Shown: positions 8,674 through 19,627 of the stretch, one piece after another
How the letters are laid out: every line of letters starts with the position of its first letter
Numbering within the stretch: position 1 is the stretch's first letter
Assembly: GCA_963805085.1 (NCBI GenBank)
Contig: CAWDTA010000002.1
Coordinates: 2,074,207 to 2,138,206, forward strand
Source: an uncultured Veillonellaceae bacterium
Lineage (GTDB): Bacteria > Bacillota > Negativicutes > JARBTT01
Direction of reading: 5' to 3'
Length of the DNA stretch: 64,000 nt
Notes under the pieces: model-generated
Told to the model about the DNA's origin: nothing
The model's database searches: none
The model's input: the letters and a program-made list of their open reading frames with translations, nothing else
Translations under genes and position numbers: made by a program

Positions 8674-10275
8674 TTACCTGAATGAAGTTATAAAAGAGTT
8701 AAATAATACTCTGGTATCATATTGGTATTGATTCATAGGAACGACTTCTTTGCTTAATTTGAGGAGAGAATAAACAGCCATTTGGGCTGATCGCACCGAA
8801 TATTCTACTGTAAAAACAACATCGTCAGGTATTTCAGCGAACTGCCCAAGGAATGCGAGATTTGTTGACCCTTTTGGTACGACATCAGGTCTATCACCTT
8901 TTGCTCTTGGCATAAACTGACTTGTTATGAATGGCATCATGCACGGAATACAGTTAGATGTCTTGAGGATTAACGGTAAGTCTTCATTGAATCTGAGATG
9001 AGAGCACAGCTCAGTAAGTATTTCTTCACCGGTGCATTCCGACATTTTTTTTGGTATATAGTTACCTATTTTATTAGGGAATAAGCTATATCCCCAAAAG
9101 ACTTTGATGTTTTCAGGCTGATTCATAAAATGCGGTTGATATGCCAAAACAATCGACATAAACCAATTTGAGTCTTTAAAAGTAACCAAAGCTCCTGTTC
9201 CAGGTGTATTACCAGAGAATTTTTCCATTAAATCAAAGAATATTGGATCTTTACAAGTAACCGTAAACGATTCCCATAGTGATTCAGCAATATGATCTGC
9301 GAAAGCAGAAGGATTGCCCAAATCAGGCTGTTTCTTTACGATATTCTCCCATAGCTTGAATGAAGCTCCCTTAGATCCAAGACTAGGAGCAGAGGTCATA
9401 GATCCGAGGCTGTAACCTTCTGTCATAGAACCATTGGTGACAAAAACCATGTCGGTATTTTTAATCTCAATGTCCTTTTGTTTTCCATCATTAATATAAT
9501 GAATACGTTCGACGGTCTTTTCATTTTGAGATGCTTTAAAATCTAGGTCAGTTACTCGACAATTCATTTCAAAGTTGACGCCTTGTGCTCCTAGCCATTT
9601 TATAAGAGGTAATATTATAGAATCATATTGGTTGTATGGCGTGCGGGTTACGCCTTCTAAAGTTTGAATACGAGGAAATTCATGTATAAATCTAAGCAGA
9701 TATCGTTTAAATTCTACTGCGCTATGCCAAGGTTGAAATGCAAAAGTGGTAGCCCACATATACCAAAAGGGTGTTTGGAAGAATGAGGGTGAAAAGCATT
9801 TGTCAATTGTTAATGTTCCTAGGACATCTTCAGGCGTTATTGTGAGTTTCATTAAATCGATCCGGTCTTTGTTGCTAAAACCCATAGAGGATACATTAAC
9901 TATTTTCCCATTTTCATCTACTAGCCTAGCTTTAGCTTGAGTTCTAACTTTTGTATCAAATTCAACGATTTCGTCTCTCACTGATTTTTGGGGATCGCTA
10001 ATGGAAGGAATGAATTTTAGCAGTTCCCAAGTACATTCATAAGCTTCGTCATTCAACATTCTGCCGCCACGAACGACATAACCCTTTTCAGGTGAGCCTA
10101 TACCATCACAACTTCCACCAGTTATTTTCATTTCTTCAAAAATGGTTATATTCTTTCCTGGAATATGACCATCTCTAATCAAATAGACAGCAGCAGCGAG
10201 TGAGCCAACGCCAGCTCCAACGAAATACGCGTTTATTTCATTCCTTACACCAGTTGTTTGGTAAGCATTTGTCAT
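8674..10275 (-). CDS. ohyA: Oleate hydratase (myosin-cross-reactive antigen family)
   Basis: GAGVGSLAAA FAD motif, RGGRM, YNQYDS, DVVFTVEYSVRSA. Confidence 0.92.
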   Translation of the reverse strand: MTNAYQTTGVRNEINAYFVGAGVGSLAAAVYLIRDGHIPGKNITIFEEMKITGGSCDGIGSPEKGYVVRGGRMLNDEAYECTWELLKFIPSISDPQKSVRDEIVEFDTKVRTQAKARLVDENGKIVNVSSMGFSNKDRIDLMKLTITPEDVLGTLTIDKCFSPSFFQTPFWYMWATTFAFQPWHSAVEFKRYLLRFIHEFPRIQTLEGVTRTPYNQYDSIILPLIKWLGAQGVNFEMNCRVTDLDFKASQNEKTVERIHYINDGKQKDIEIKNTDMVFVTNGSMTEGYSLGSMTSAPSLGSKGASFKLWENIVKKQPDLGNPSAFADHIAESLWESFTVTCKDPIFFDLMEKFSGNTPGTGALVTFKDSNWFMSIVLAYQPHFMNQPENIKVFWGYSLFPNKIGNYIPKKMSECTGEEILTELCSHLRFNEDLPLILKTSNCIPCMMPFITSQFMPRAKGDRPDVVPKGSTNLAFLGQFAEIPDDVVFTVEYSVRSAQMAVYSLLKLSKEVVPMNQYQYDTRVLFNSFITSFR

Positions 10276-10398
10276 TTTCGTGCCTCCTGTTTGTTTAACA
10301 TATAACTATTATGTGTACACGCCGATAATCCTATGCGCCATACATGCTCATAGACTGGTAGTACCTGAGGTAAGGAGGCTATTCAAATAATAATGGAT

Positions 10399-10438
10399 AA
10401 TAGACTAAGTGGCGCGCTTTTCCTTGTCTCAATTTACC
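10399..10438 (+). repeat. Direct repeat, family D, copy 2
   Basis: aatagactaagtggcgcgcttttccttgtctcaatttacc. Confidence 0.85.
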
Positions 10439-10471
10439 ATAAGCAAGCGCATTGTTTAGGAGGGAATTTGT

Positions 10472-10540
10472 TAAATAAATAGAGCATGTACAAAGCTCAA
10501 GAATAACTTGAATTGTACATGCTCTATTTGTTTATTTCTG
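10472..10540 (+). repeat. Palindromic repeat, family P, copy 3
   Basis: aaatagagcatgtacaaagctcaag aataa cttgaattgtacatgctctatttgttt atttctg. Confidence 0.9.
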
Positions 10541-10700
10541 GTTTCCCTTATTATTCAGAAAATGATAAATGAAAAGTAAAATTAGTCTGCTGCTTTTTAG
10601 GTCAACAATTTGAATTGATGCAGTCCGGATAATAAAGAATAGACTAGTGGTATAGCAAGTGAAAAAATAACCATAATAAAAAGTAAGTATATAGTGAAAG

Positions 10701-11933
10701 ATGATGATAAAAATAGCTAAAAAAATAGTCGTTATAGGTAGTGGGATTGCAGCAGTGACAGCAATCAAAGCAATTATAGAAATAGATTCAGATTCAGAGA
10801 TATGTTTAATTGGAGAAGAAAAATTCTATCCTTATAATCGAATAAGGTTGTCAAAAGGGATATTTGATGAGCTCAATGAAAATAATATCTTGCTTCAAAA
10901 GAAAGAATGGTATGAAGATAACAACGTCAAGGTATATCTTGATACCAGAGCAACAAGTGTTAGTGCAGATTGTCAGGAAGTAGTATTATCTAATGGCAGT
11001 AAGGTTACGTACGATAAATTGCTTTTGGCAAATGGGTCTGCGAATACTATACCGCCAATTGATGGTATAGGTAAGGATGGTATTTATACTTTAAGAGGGC
11101 TTAAGGATGCTTTAAATATAAAAAAAAGACTTGAGAAAAGTGAAAAGGTAGTGATTATTGGTGGTGGTATACAGGGATTAGAAATAGCCTGGATATTACA
11201 TCAACATGGTAAAAAAGTTATCATCGTTGAATTACTATCCAGAGTTATGTACAACCAAATAGATGATGAAGCATCAAAAATATTAAGAAATACAATAGAA
11301 AGTTACGGAATCAAAGTACTTACTGATAAAGCGGTAAAAAAAATCGTAGGTGGCGAAAGCGTTGAAAAAATTGTTATAGATGAAAATACAGAATTAAACT
11401 GTGATATTGCAATTTATTCAACGGGAATTAAGCCTAATATAGATTTAGTTGCAAATACTAGAATAGAAACAGCAAGAGGTATATTAGTAAATAATAAGAT
11501 GGAAACCAATATAAAAAACATTTATGCAGCAGGTGATATTGCCGAATTTAATCATAGAGTCCCAGGTCTATGGAATATAGCAATAGCACAAGGAAAAGTT
11601 GCTGGATACAATATTTGTGGTAAAGAAACACTATATGAAAATATTACTCCAGTGACTACATTAAATGCCTTTGGAATTTCTTTATTTTCGATGGGGCGCA
11701 TAGAGCAAACGCAGTTTACAAAAATGCTAATTAACCAAGGTTCTGGTACAGGTGATTATAAGAAAATATTTGTAAGTGATAATAAAATAGTAGGGGCAAT
11801 CGTAATAGGTGATACAAAAAAATCACCATTACTCAAATCAGCCATAGAACAAGAGGTAACATTTTCTGACGCAGAACTATCTGAACGATCTGCTGATGAA
11901 TTGTTAGAGCAGTTAAAAAATAGTTATAAATAA
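10701..11933 (+). CDS. FAD-dependent NAD(P)H oxidoreductase (NADH:rubredoxin oxidoreductase / NirB N-terminal-like)
   Basis: VIGSGIAA, YDKLLLANGS, IIGGGIQGLE, IYAAGDIAE. Confidence 0.88.
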   Translation: MMIKIAKKIVVIGSGIAAVTAIKAIIEIDSDSEICLIGEEKFYPYNRIRLSKGIFDELNENNILLQKKEWYEDNNVKVYLDTRATSVSADCQEVVLSNGSKVTYDKLLLANGSANTIPPIDGIGKDGIYTLRGLKDALNIKKRLEKSEKVVIIGGGIQGLEIAWILHQHGKKVIIVELLSRVMYNQIDDEASKILRNTIESYGIKVLTDKAVKKIVGGESVEKIVIDENTELNCDIAIYSTGIKPNIDLVANTRIETARGILVNNKMETNIKNIYAAGDIAEFNHRVPGLWNIAIAQGKVAGYNICGKETLYENITPVTTLNAFGISLFSMGRIEQTQFTKMLINQGSGTGDYKKIFVSDNKIVGAIVIGDTKKSPLLKSAIEQEVTFSDAELSERSADELLEQLKNSYK

Positions 11934-11946
11934 TGGAGGGTAAGTA

Positions 11947-12171
11947 ATGACAGAAATAAAATTTTGCGAGAACAACTTTAGCTTTAAAACAGAAGAAACA
12001 ATGAAAAAACTAAAGGAAAACTTTAGTGATGCCTCTATATCAGTCGAATCGTGTTTAGGGTATTGTGGAGATTGTGCAGTTGCCCCATATGCTTTAGTAA
12101 ATGATGAATTGGTACAGGCTGATACAGCTGATGAATTATTTGAAAAAATAAAAAAAGATATAAATAAGTAA
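11947..12171 (+). CDS. DUF1450/YuzB-family small Cys protein
   Basis: IKFCENN..CLGYCGDCAVAPYALVN. Confidence 0.8.
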   Translation: MTEIKFCENNFSFKTEETMKKLKENFSDASISVESCLGYCGDCAVAPYALVNDELVQADTADELFEKIKKDINK

Positions 12172-12237
12172 ATCTGATTAAGTTTAGTTGAATTTCAGAG
12201 TTATCATTTTTAAATAAACAAAAATGGAGGAGATAGT

Positions 12238-12444
12238 ATGATAAGAGTTTGCCCAACTTGTTCAAATGTGGATGTTGATAAATTAGAGGAATTGGTGCCA
12301 GACAATGTAGAGGTGGAATGTATTGGTGAGTGCGGCCAGCATGAAGGTAAAAGTTTTGGCTATATAAATGATGAATTGGTGATAAAAGATAGCGAGCAAG
12401 AAATTTTCGAAGCGGTGAAATCGATGCAGGAGTTTTCAAAATAA
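12238..12444 (+). CDS. DUF1450-family small Cys protein
   Basis: IRVCPTC..CIGECG; SD GGAGG. Confidence 0.75.
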   Translation: MIRVCPTCSNVDVDKLEELVPDNVEVECIGECGQHEGKSFGYINDELVIKDSEQEIFEAVKSMQEFSK

Positions 12445-12482
12445 CGAAGGAGCAGTATACGTGATGCAGGGGGAATGATAAA

Positions 12483-12980
12483 GTGGATTGTAAAAAAATT
12501 CAAGATTCTGCAGTAATTATGTCGATTGTTATGCTTCCTCATCAAGCAAATGTGGCGGGTAATGTCCATGGCGGTGAAATTATGAAGCTTATGGATAATG
12601 CAGCTTATGTGGTTGCTCATAGACATGCTCGTGCTAACGTTGTAACAGCAAGGGTCGACGAATTAACCTTCCACCATCCTATACTTGTGGGAAATTTAGT
12701 GATTTGCCATGCCAATCTCACCTTTGCCGGAACATCTTCTATGGAAGTGTCTGTCGTAGTTGAGGTTGAAGATTTGTATAAAGATTCTTCACGCAAATGT
12801 GCCTTATCGGCATACTTTACGATGGTTGCGTTGAATGCAGGTGGACACTCAATGAAAGTTCCTTCTTTAGAATTGATCACAGAAGAAGAAAAAATCCATT
12901 TTGCTGAAGGTAAAAAAAGATACGAGGAACACAAAGGTAAAGTAAAAGACTGTCATGTGCCACAATACTATCAGCCTTAG
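12483..12980 (+). CDS. Acyl-CoA thioesterase (hotdog fold, YciA-like)
   Basis: ANVAGNVHGGEIMKLMD, VVTARVD, GTSSMEV. Confidence 0.9.
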   Translation: MDCKKIQDSAVIMSIVMLPHQANVAGNVHGGEIMKLMDNAAYVVAHRHARANVVTARVDELTFHHPILVGNLVICHANLTFAGTSSMEVSVVVEVEDLYKDSSRKCALSAYFTMVALNAGGHSMKVPSLELITEEEKIHFAEGKKRYEEHKGKVKDCHVPQYYQP

Positions 12981-13110
12981 GATTGGTTGTTTTACTTTGA
13001 AAAGTACATGGATATATAATTTCTATTTGTAATAGCTGAAATAAATTCATTTAAGTATGCTCAAAATAATGCAGATAACTCTGGTATATATATATAATTT
13101 GGAGGTACGT

Positions 13111-14337
13111 ATGAGTGAACTAATTAAGAATCGGGAATATAGACACAAAGTTTTGAAAGAAATTATTTTGGAACTTCACCAGGGAAAGTCAGTACAGGAA
13201 GTTAAGAGTAAATTTAATGAGATCGCTAAAGGCCTGGATCCAGCTGAACTTTCACTAGTTGAACAGGGGTTAATCAATGAGGGGCTGCCGGTGGAAGAAG
13301 TTCAGCGATTATGCGATGTTCATGCTGAAGTATTCCGGGATGCATTAGAAAAAAATCCCGAAATATCTGCAGAGCCCGGACATCCAGTAGAAATTTTCAT
13401 ATCAGAGAATCAGGCGTTAATGACACTAATGGATAAAGAAATTAAACCGATATTGGACAAGTTGAAACAAGCAATTGAAGCTGTAGAAAAATCAGTTGTT
13501 TTACAGTTGACTGAAAAATTGAATTTGCTGTGGGATATTGACAAACATTACCAGCGAAAGGAGAATTTGATATTTCCGTTTTTGGAAAAATACGAGATTA
13601 CTGGTCCACCCAAGGTGATGTGGGGCGTTGATGATAAAATTAGGAGTTTGTTGAAAGTGACAAAAGAAATGGCTGCTAACTATCAGTCATCTCAAAAGCA
13701 GCCATTAATTAGCAAGATGGAAGAAACATTGGCGCAAATCGAAGAAATGATCTTTAAAGAAGAAAAAATATTTCTGCCGATGGCGATGGAGACACTTTCT
13801 GAGGATGAATGGGGCCAAGTTTTAATGGATAGTGATGAAATTGGTTATTGCTTGATTGAACCAAAACAAAGTTGGAAACCATATCGAGAAAATATAAACA
13901 AAGAGGTCATAAACGGTGCCGATGGGCATTCGGGAGGAAATGTTAAATTTGATACTGGGGTTCTATCATCTGAGGAAATAGATTTGATTTTTAGACATTT
14001 ACCTGTTGATATAACTTTTGTTGATAGAAACGGCATCGTGAAATTTTTTTCTGCTGCTAAGGATCGAATTTTTCCACGCACCAGGACTGTTATAGGTCGT
14101 AAAGTTGAGAACTGTCATCCGCCAGCTAGTGCCCATGTGGTAGAAAAAATAGTGGAAGATTTTAAAAGTGGAAAGAAAGATCATGAAGACTTCTGGATTA
14201 AAATGGGGGAAAAATATGTGTATATTCGTTATCATGCGGTAAGGGACAAAGTGGGAAATTTCGCTGGGGTATTGGAGGTTACTCAGGATATTAAGCCTAT
14301 CCAGGCTATTTCCGGAGAAAAGCGAATTATGGATTAG
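13111..14337 (+). CDS. DUF438 / hemerythrin-like / PAS domain protein
   Basis: LCDVHA, GHPV, HYQRKENLIFP, MWGVDD, C-terminal PAS with NCHPP; start after GGAGG. Confidence 0.88.
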   Translation: MSELIKNREYRHKVLKEIILELHQGKSVQEVKSKFNEIAKGLDPAELSLVEQGLINEGLPVEEVQRLCDVHAEVFRDALEKNPEISAEPGHPVEIFISENQALMTLMDKEIKPILDKLKQAIEAVEKSVVLQLTEKLNLLWDIDKHYQRKENLIFPFLEKYEITGPPKVMWGVDDKIRSLLKVTKEMAANYQSSQKQPLISKMEETLAQIEEMIFKEEKIFLPMAMETLSEDEWGQVLMDSDEIGYCLIEPKQSWKPYRENINKEVINGADGHSGGNVKFDTGVLSSEEIDLIFRHLPVDITFVDRNGIVKFFSAAKDRIFPRTRTVIGRKVENCHPPASAHVVEKIVEDFKSGKKDHEDFWIKMGEKYVYIRYHAVRDKVGNFAGVLEVTQDIKPIQAISGEKRIMD

Positions 14338-14371
14338 AAAGAGTAGGGGGCTCTTTTATTAATATTAATGA

Positions 14372-14436
14372 TAAACAAATAGAGCATGCAGAAAACTCAA
14401 GAATAGCTTGAATTTTACATGCTCTATTTATTTCTG
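14372..14436 (+). repeat. Palindromic repeat, family P, copy 4 (between convergent genes)
   Basis: taaacaaatagagcatgcagaaaactcaag aatag cttgaattttacatgctctattt atttctg. Confidence 0.88.
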
Positions 14437-14462
14437 CTTATCTTAAAAGAGACAAAAAATTC

Positions 14463-15860
14463 TTATCTTATCTTAGTTGCTCCTAGCTTAAGTTCGGATA
14501 ATATCTTGTCTAAAAGATCTATTCGTAATATGTAATGACGACTAACAAGTGCACTTAAAAAGTAAGCAATAGCCGGGACGATGGTGAAAAGCATAACAAT
14601 TCCTTGTAATGCTGTCGCATCTTGTGTCGTAGCTCCTGCCTGATAATTTACGCTGGCCAATACCCAGCCAATTAAAGCTCCGCCAAATGCTAAACCAAGT
14701 TTAAGCACAAATAGCATACCAGCAAAGCTAATACCTGTTAAACGTTTGTTATATTTCCATTCACCATATTCAACAGTATCAGACATCATAACCCATTGAA
14801 TTGGTGTAATCATTTGATGAAGTATCCCAATGACAAAAACAAAAACAAACATTGTAACTATGGAATTCAGAGGAACCCAGAACATTCCTAAACTAATGGC
14901 GGCAAGAATTAAATTTGTCCAATAAAATACAGTAACTTTGCAAATATGGTCGGTAACTGGCTTAGCCAATGCGCTGCCTAAAAGATTACCTACTGAATAA
15001 GTACCTAAGAAGATGGCAAAGTATCCAAAATTACCTAAAATATAAGTAACATAATACATCATAGCACCACCACGAACGGATACAGCTAAAATATTTAAAA
15101 TGGTAAATCCAGCAACAAGCCGCCATTGGTCATTATGAAAAAGGTCCTTGAAGTCATCCCACATATTAGATTGGTAACTTGTAGGTACGGTCAATCGTTC
15201 TCTTGTGAAAACAAAACAAGCAATAAGCATGACGCAAGCAAGAATGGCTAAGATAGTGATACCGCCTTGATAACCTAAAGCACGGTTACTTCCACCAATA
15301 AATTCTGCCAGTGGGGTCATTAAAACGGTACTGAGCATTCCACCGGCTGTTGCTAATACAAAACGATAAGATTGCAGAGACATACGTTGTTTTGGATCTG
15401 CAGTGATTACACCACCTAAAGCGCAATAAGGTATATTTACTATAGTATACAGTAGCATAAGTAATACATAGGTAATCGTAGCAAAAATCATCTTACCTTC
15501 TGTGCCAAAGTTTGGTGTGCTATAAACCAAGATGCAAGATAGAGCAAAAGGAACCGCACCGAATAATAAATAAGGTCTAAATTGTCCCCAACGAGTGCGA
15601 GTTCGGTCTGCAATATGCCCCATGATGGGATCTACAACAGCGTCCAAAGTACGTGTTAATAGAAACATCGTTCCAACAAAGCCTGCAGAAATACCAAAAA
15701 TATCGGTGTAAAAAAACATCATATATAGCATTACATTATCAAACACAATATGACTGGCTGCATCTCCCAAGCCATAGCCGATTTTTTCGGTTCGTGATAA
15801 TAGATTGCCCGTATTATTCAATCTACAAGTTATTCCTTCAGTTCGCGATAGTACACTCAT
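14463..15860 (-). CDS. yicJ: GPH-family glycoside:cation symporter (YicJ-like)
   Basis: EKIGYGLGDAASHIVFDNVMLYMMFFYTD, DRTRTRWGQFRPY. Confidence 0.85.
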   Translation of the reverse strand: MSVLSRTEGITCRLNNTGNLLSRTEKIGYGLGDAASHIVFDNVMLYMMFFYTDIFGISAGFVGTMFLLTRTLDAVVDPIMGHIADRTRTRWGQFRPYLLFGAVPFALSCILVYSTPNFGTEGKMIFATITYVLLMLLYTIVNIPYCALGGVITADPKQRMSLQSYRFVLATAGGMLSTVLMTPLAEFIGGSNRALGYQGGITILAILACVMLIACFVFTRERLTVPTSYQSNMWDDFKDLFHNDQWRLVAGFTILNILAVSVRGGAMMYYVTYILGNFGYFAIFLGTYSVGNLLGSALAKPVTDHICKVTVFYWTNLILAAISLGMFWVPLNSIVTMFVFVFVIGILHQMITPIQWVMMSDTVEYGEWKYNKRLTGISFAGMLFVLKLGLAFGGALIGWVLASVNYQAGATTQDATALQGIVMLFTIVPAIAYFLSALVSRHYILRIDLLDKILSELKLGATKIR

Positions 15861-15970
15861 TTTATATCCTCCCTTATAAATCAGGCATTTTTAAAAAATA
15901 GTATTTCTAGCGTTTTAGATAAAAACTAAATCCAATTTAATTTTCTGCTAGTAGTCATTATAAATATCAT

Positions 15971-18313
15971 TTATTTAAATCGAAACGATATTTGTTCCGA
16001 ACCAGGTTGAATGGTAATTCGTGTTCCCAAAGTTTCCTGAACGCCAATCATTTCATCAGTGGAAGTGATGATTGACCTTTTGTTGCCACGTAGCACTAAT
16101 GAACAGGGTTTTGTTAGTTTGGATAGAAGTATATGTAGCTGATTGCCCTGTCTAGTAATACGAGCAGTCAAAACAATCTTACCCTGCAAGTCGCGAATCA
16201 TTGTCGAAGCACTATGTCCATCCTGCAAGGCAAATAAATGGAATTCAAGTCCATCGATATAATTATAGTCTGGACGCTGATCATTGCTTCCAATCGCCAG
16301 CAGTGTATTTTGGCGAACGTAAATTGGTAGACTCATAAAGTTGTGATGCTCTTTACGCCAGCCTTCACCACAGACTTCTGTATTGGTAAATAAATGTGTC
16401 CACTGTCCGCGTGGTAAATAAACAGAAACCGTTCCATCTTCACTGAATACAGGAGCGACTAAAATCGAATCACCTAACATATATTGCCTGTCTAAACATT
16501 CACTACCAAGGTCATCAGGAAATTCAATCAGCATTGCTCTCATCATAGGGAGTCCTTGTTCGGCAGATAACGTAGCCATATGATAAAGATAAGGCATTAA
16601 ACGGCATTTCCAGTTTGTGAAAAATCGTAAAACATTAACAGCTTCCTCATCATACAGCCAAGGAACACGATAAGATTTACTGCCATGCAATCGACTGTGA
16701 CTAGATAATAGACCAAAAGCGCACCAACGTTTATAAATATGGGCAGGGGCTGTATTTTCAAAACCTCCAATATCATGACTCCAAAAACCAAATCCTGATA
16801 ATCCAAGAGAAAGTCCTCCACGCAAACTTTCTGCCATAGATTCGTAAGTTGCAGAACAATCGCCACCCCAATGTACAGGAAAAGCTTGACCACCCACCGT
16901 GGCAGAACGAGCGAATACGATTGCATTTTGATTTCCTTTTTTTTCTTTTAGCACTTGGAATACTGTTTGGTTATATAAATAAGTATAATAATTATGCATT
17001 TTTTGTGGATCTGAGCCGTCATAATAAGCAACATCTGTAGGAATTCGCTCACCGAAGTCTGTTTTGAAACAGTCTACTCCCATATCCACGAGTCGCCGTA
17101 AATGATTGGCGTACCATTGGCAGGCTGATGGATTGGTGAAATCAACAATTGCTTGCCCAGGCTGCCATCTATCCCATTGCCAGACATTTCCTTGCAAATT
17201 TTTGATAAAATAGCCATTCTCCATTCCTTCTTTAAACAAAGCAGATTGTTGGCTGATATAAGGATTAATCCATACACATATTTTCAAATTTTTATTTTTT
17301 AACCGCTCAAGCATTCCTTGGGGATCGGGAAAAGTAGAAGCATCCCACTCAAAATCGCACCAATGAAACGCTTTCATCCAAAAGCAATCAAAATGAAATA
17401 CACTGAGAGGAAGGGAACGCTCGTGCATACCGGCAATGAAACTGTTTACTGTTTCCTCATCGTAATTGGTAGTAAAAGAAGTTGATAACCATAGTCCAAA
17501 GGACCATGCAGGTGGTAAAGGTGGTCGTCCAGTTAACAAGGTGTAACGTTGCAGTACCTGTTTTATCGTAGGACCATCAACAATATAATATTCTAATGCT
17601 TCACCAGATACGCTAAATTGTACCTTTGAGACCTTTTCTGAAGCCACCTCAAAAGAAACCATTTCTGGATGATTAACCAAGACACCATATCCATGATTTG
17701 TTAGATAAAATGGAATGTTTTTGTAGGCTTGTTCTGTATTTGTTCCACCATCGCAATTCCAAGTATTGATCGTTTGACCATTTTTTATAAATGATGTAAA
17801 ACGTTCGCCTAATCCGTAGACATTTTCCCCTATCCCCAGATCTAGCCGCTCAAACATATACGTTTTATTATCGGTCGTATTTTTTACGTATCCTGCTGAC
17901 TTATAATTGCTGCCAGTAATGCGCTTTTCGTCATGCAGAAAGTCAATTTTCCATAGATCAGACTTGCTGATACATACAGATAATTGGCCACTTTGTAAAA
18001 TTGCTTTATCGGTTTCACTGATACATTTAATATCTTGTCGATGATCATAGTTTAATGCAAACTCAGGTGTTACCGGATACATTCCTTTAAAATGTTCCAT
18101 ACGAACACCAATGATGCCTGATTGTGGTGAAAAAAAACGTATGGTAAACAATGGAGTATCTAATTGATTTTCTCTATCAGACACATTACATGGTGCCACA
18201 TAAACAAGTAATTCTTCCTCCGTTACTTGTATGTCGTGTACATAATATGGGGATATAACATTTAAATTTTCTTGAATTAGCCAATTTCCATCACTAATTT
18301 TCATTTTGCTCAA
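15971..18313 (-). CDS. yicI: Alpha-xylosidase, GH31
   Basis: [28 protein letters not shown] nucleophile, [12 protein letters not shown]. Confidence 0.95.
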   Translation of the reverse strand: MSKMKISDGNWLIQENLNVISPYYVHDIQVTEEELLVYVAPCNVSDRENQLDTPLFTIRFFSPQSGIIGVRMEHFKGMYPVTPEFALNYDHRQDIKCISETDKAILQSGQLSVCISKSDLWKIDFLHDEKRITGSNYKSAGYVKNTTDNKTYMFERLDLGIGENVYGLGERFTSFIKNGQTINTWNCDGGTNTEQAYKNIPFYLTNHGYGVLVNHPEMVSFEVASEKVSKVQFSVSGEALEYYIVDGPTIKQVLQRYTLLTGRPPLPPAWSFGLWLSTSFTTNYDEETVNSFIAGMHERSLPLSVFHFDCFWMKAFHWCDFEWDASTFPDPQGMLERLKNKNLKICVWINPYISQQSALFKEGMENGYFIKNLQGNVWQWDRWQPGQAIVDFTNPSACQWYANHLRRLVDMGVDCFKTDFGERIPTDVAYYDGSDPQKMHNYYTYLYNQTVFQVLKEKKGNQNAIVFARSATVGGQAFPVHWGGDCSATYESMAESLRGGLSLGLSGFGFWSHDIGGFENTAPAHIYKRWCAFGLLSSHSRLHGSKSYRVPWLYDEEAVNVLRFFTNWKCRLMPYLYHMATLSAEQGLPMMRAMLIEFPDDLGSECLDRQYMLGDSILVAPVFSEDGTVSVYLPRGQWTHLFTNTEVCGEGWRKEHHNFMSLPIYVRQNTLLAIGSNDQRPDYNYIDGLEFHLFALQDGHSASTMIRDLQGKIVLTARITRQGNQLHILLSKLTKPCSLVLRGNKRSIITSTDEMIGVQETLGTRITIQPGSEQISFRFK

Positions 18314-18590
18314 TGTCCCTCCTCATTTTACTTATTACAAATTTTATAATATTGTAAATTTTCTTAAAATAATATTATCACTCATTATTATAGGTATATT
18401 TGCACTTGTGGTCTTGCACTATATTGACTACTATTAACAAGATTTTGATATTCAAAGAAATATTTAACAGGCTTTCATTTGGATAATAATTGAATTATAA
18501 TTAGGAATAGAAATGGTCTATAGCCTACTTCGACTAAAGCTAAGTTATGATGGCTTCCTGATATTATTTTATAAGTAAGGGGAAATCAAT

Positions 18591-19478
18591 TTGAATAGAC
18601 TAACATTAAAAGAAAATCGAATTCATGGAACTGGTATGTTTCCGCTGGCAACTTATACAATCAATCGTAATAGTGGTGAAAAAATTCTTGATTGTCACTG
18701 GCATGATGAATGGGAGTTTTTATTGGTTACAGCAGGAAAAGCAATTTTTCAGATTGAAGCATCTTACTATGAAGTACATTCAGGACAGGCCGTTTTTATA
18801 AATGGAGGGAACATTCACGCTGGTTATCCTCAACAAAATTCTTCTTGTACATATTGTGCCATTGTTTTTGATCCGATTCTTTTTTGCAGCAGTTCTTTTG
18901 ATGTCCTACAAACTAAATTCATTGATCCCTTAATTAAAGGACAATATGTGTTACCTGAATTTATTTCAGGTAATTGCGAATGGGAAAAAACAGTAATTCA
19001 GTACTTTTTAAAAATTTTAAATACCTGCATGGATGGTCAACAAGCATTTGAGTTAGTGGTAAAAGCAGAACTGTTGCTAACATTATCCGAATTTGTAAAA
19101 AACAACACATTTCCCATAGACAGTAAATCCTACTTAACAAGCTATAAATCAAATCAGATGAAAAAGATACTCAGTTATATTCATTCAAATTACAATAAAA
19201 AAATAAAAACAAAAAATCTCTGCGAGCAAATAAGTATGAGTGAAGGTTACTTCTGTCGTTTTTTCAAACAAATGATGCGGCAGACTACCGTTGAATATAT
19301 CAATAGATATCGAATCAATATTGCAACGAACCTTCTTCATGAAACGGATCAAAAAATATTGGAGGTTGCATTAGGGGTTGGTTTTGATAATCTCAGTTAC
19401 TTTCACAGTATTTTCAAAAAATACATGAATTGTACTCCTTTAGAGTATCGTAACAAGAAAAAAGTATTTTTGAATTGA
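18591..19478 (+). CDS. AraC-family regulator with cupin sensor domain
   Basis: HWHDEWE; C-terminal HTH VGFDNLSYFHSIFKK; divergent from yicI. Confidence 0.9.
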   Translation: MNRLTLKENRIHGTGMFPLATYTINRNSGEKILDCHWHDEWEFLLVTAGKAIFQIEASYYEVHSGQAVFINGGNIHAGYPQQNSSCTYCAIVFDPILFCSSSFDVLQTKFIDPLIKGQYVLPEFISGNCEWEKTVIQYFLKILNTCMDGQQAFELVVKAELLLTLSEFVKNNTFPIDSKSYLTSYKSNQMKKILSYIHSNYNKKIKTKNLCEQISMSEGYFCRFFKQMMRQTTVEYINRYRINIATNLLHETDQKILEVALGVGFDNLSYFHSIFKKYMNCTPLEYRNKKKVFLN

Positions 19479-19540
19479 TGAATATAACTGTATGCTGCTG
19501 AGCGGGATGGACGTATAGTATCGACAAAGATTTTCCGATG
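19476..19540 (+). repeat. Direct repeat, family E, copy 2 (overlaps the AraC stop codon)
   Basis: tgatgaatataactgtatgctgctga..tatcgacaaagattttccg. Confidence 0.7.
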
Positions 19541-19565
19541 CAGTCCAACGCAGAGCTGAGAGACC

Positions 19566-19594
19566 ACATATATGCAATCTGTTTGGTAATACTA
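19566..19594 (+). promoter_or_regulatory. Putative forespore sigma-F/G promoter
   Basis: ACATA..GGTAATACTA (14 nt spacer); homologous to 24405-24434 and 31509-31538. Confidence 0.5.
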
Positions 19595-19627
19595 TAGCAT
19601 TATCTAACAGATAGGAGGGGCTTAAGA

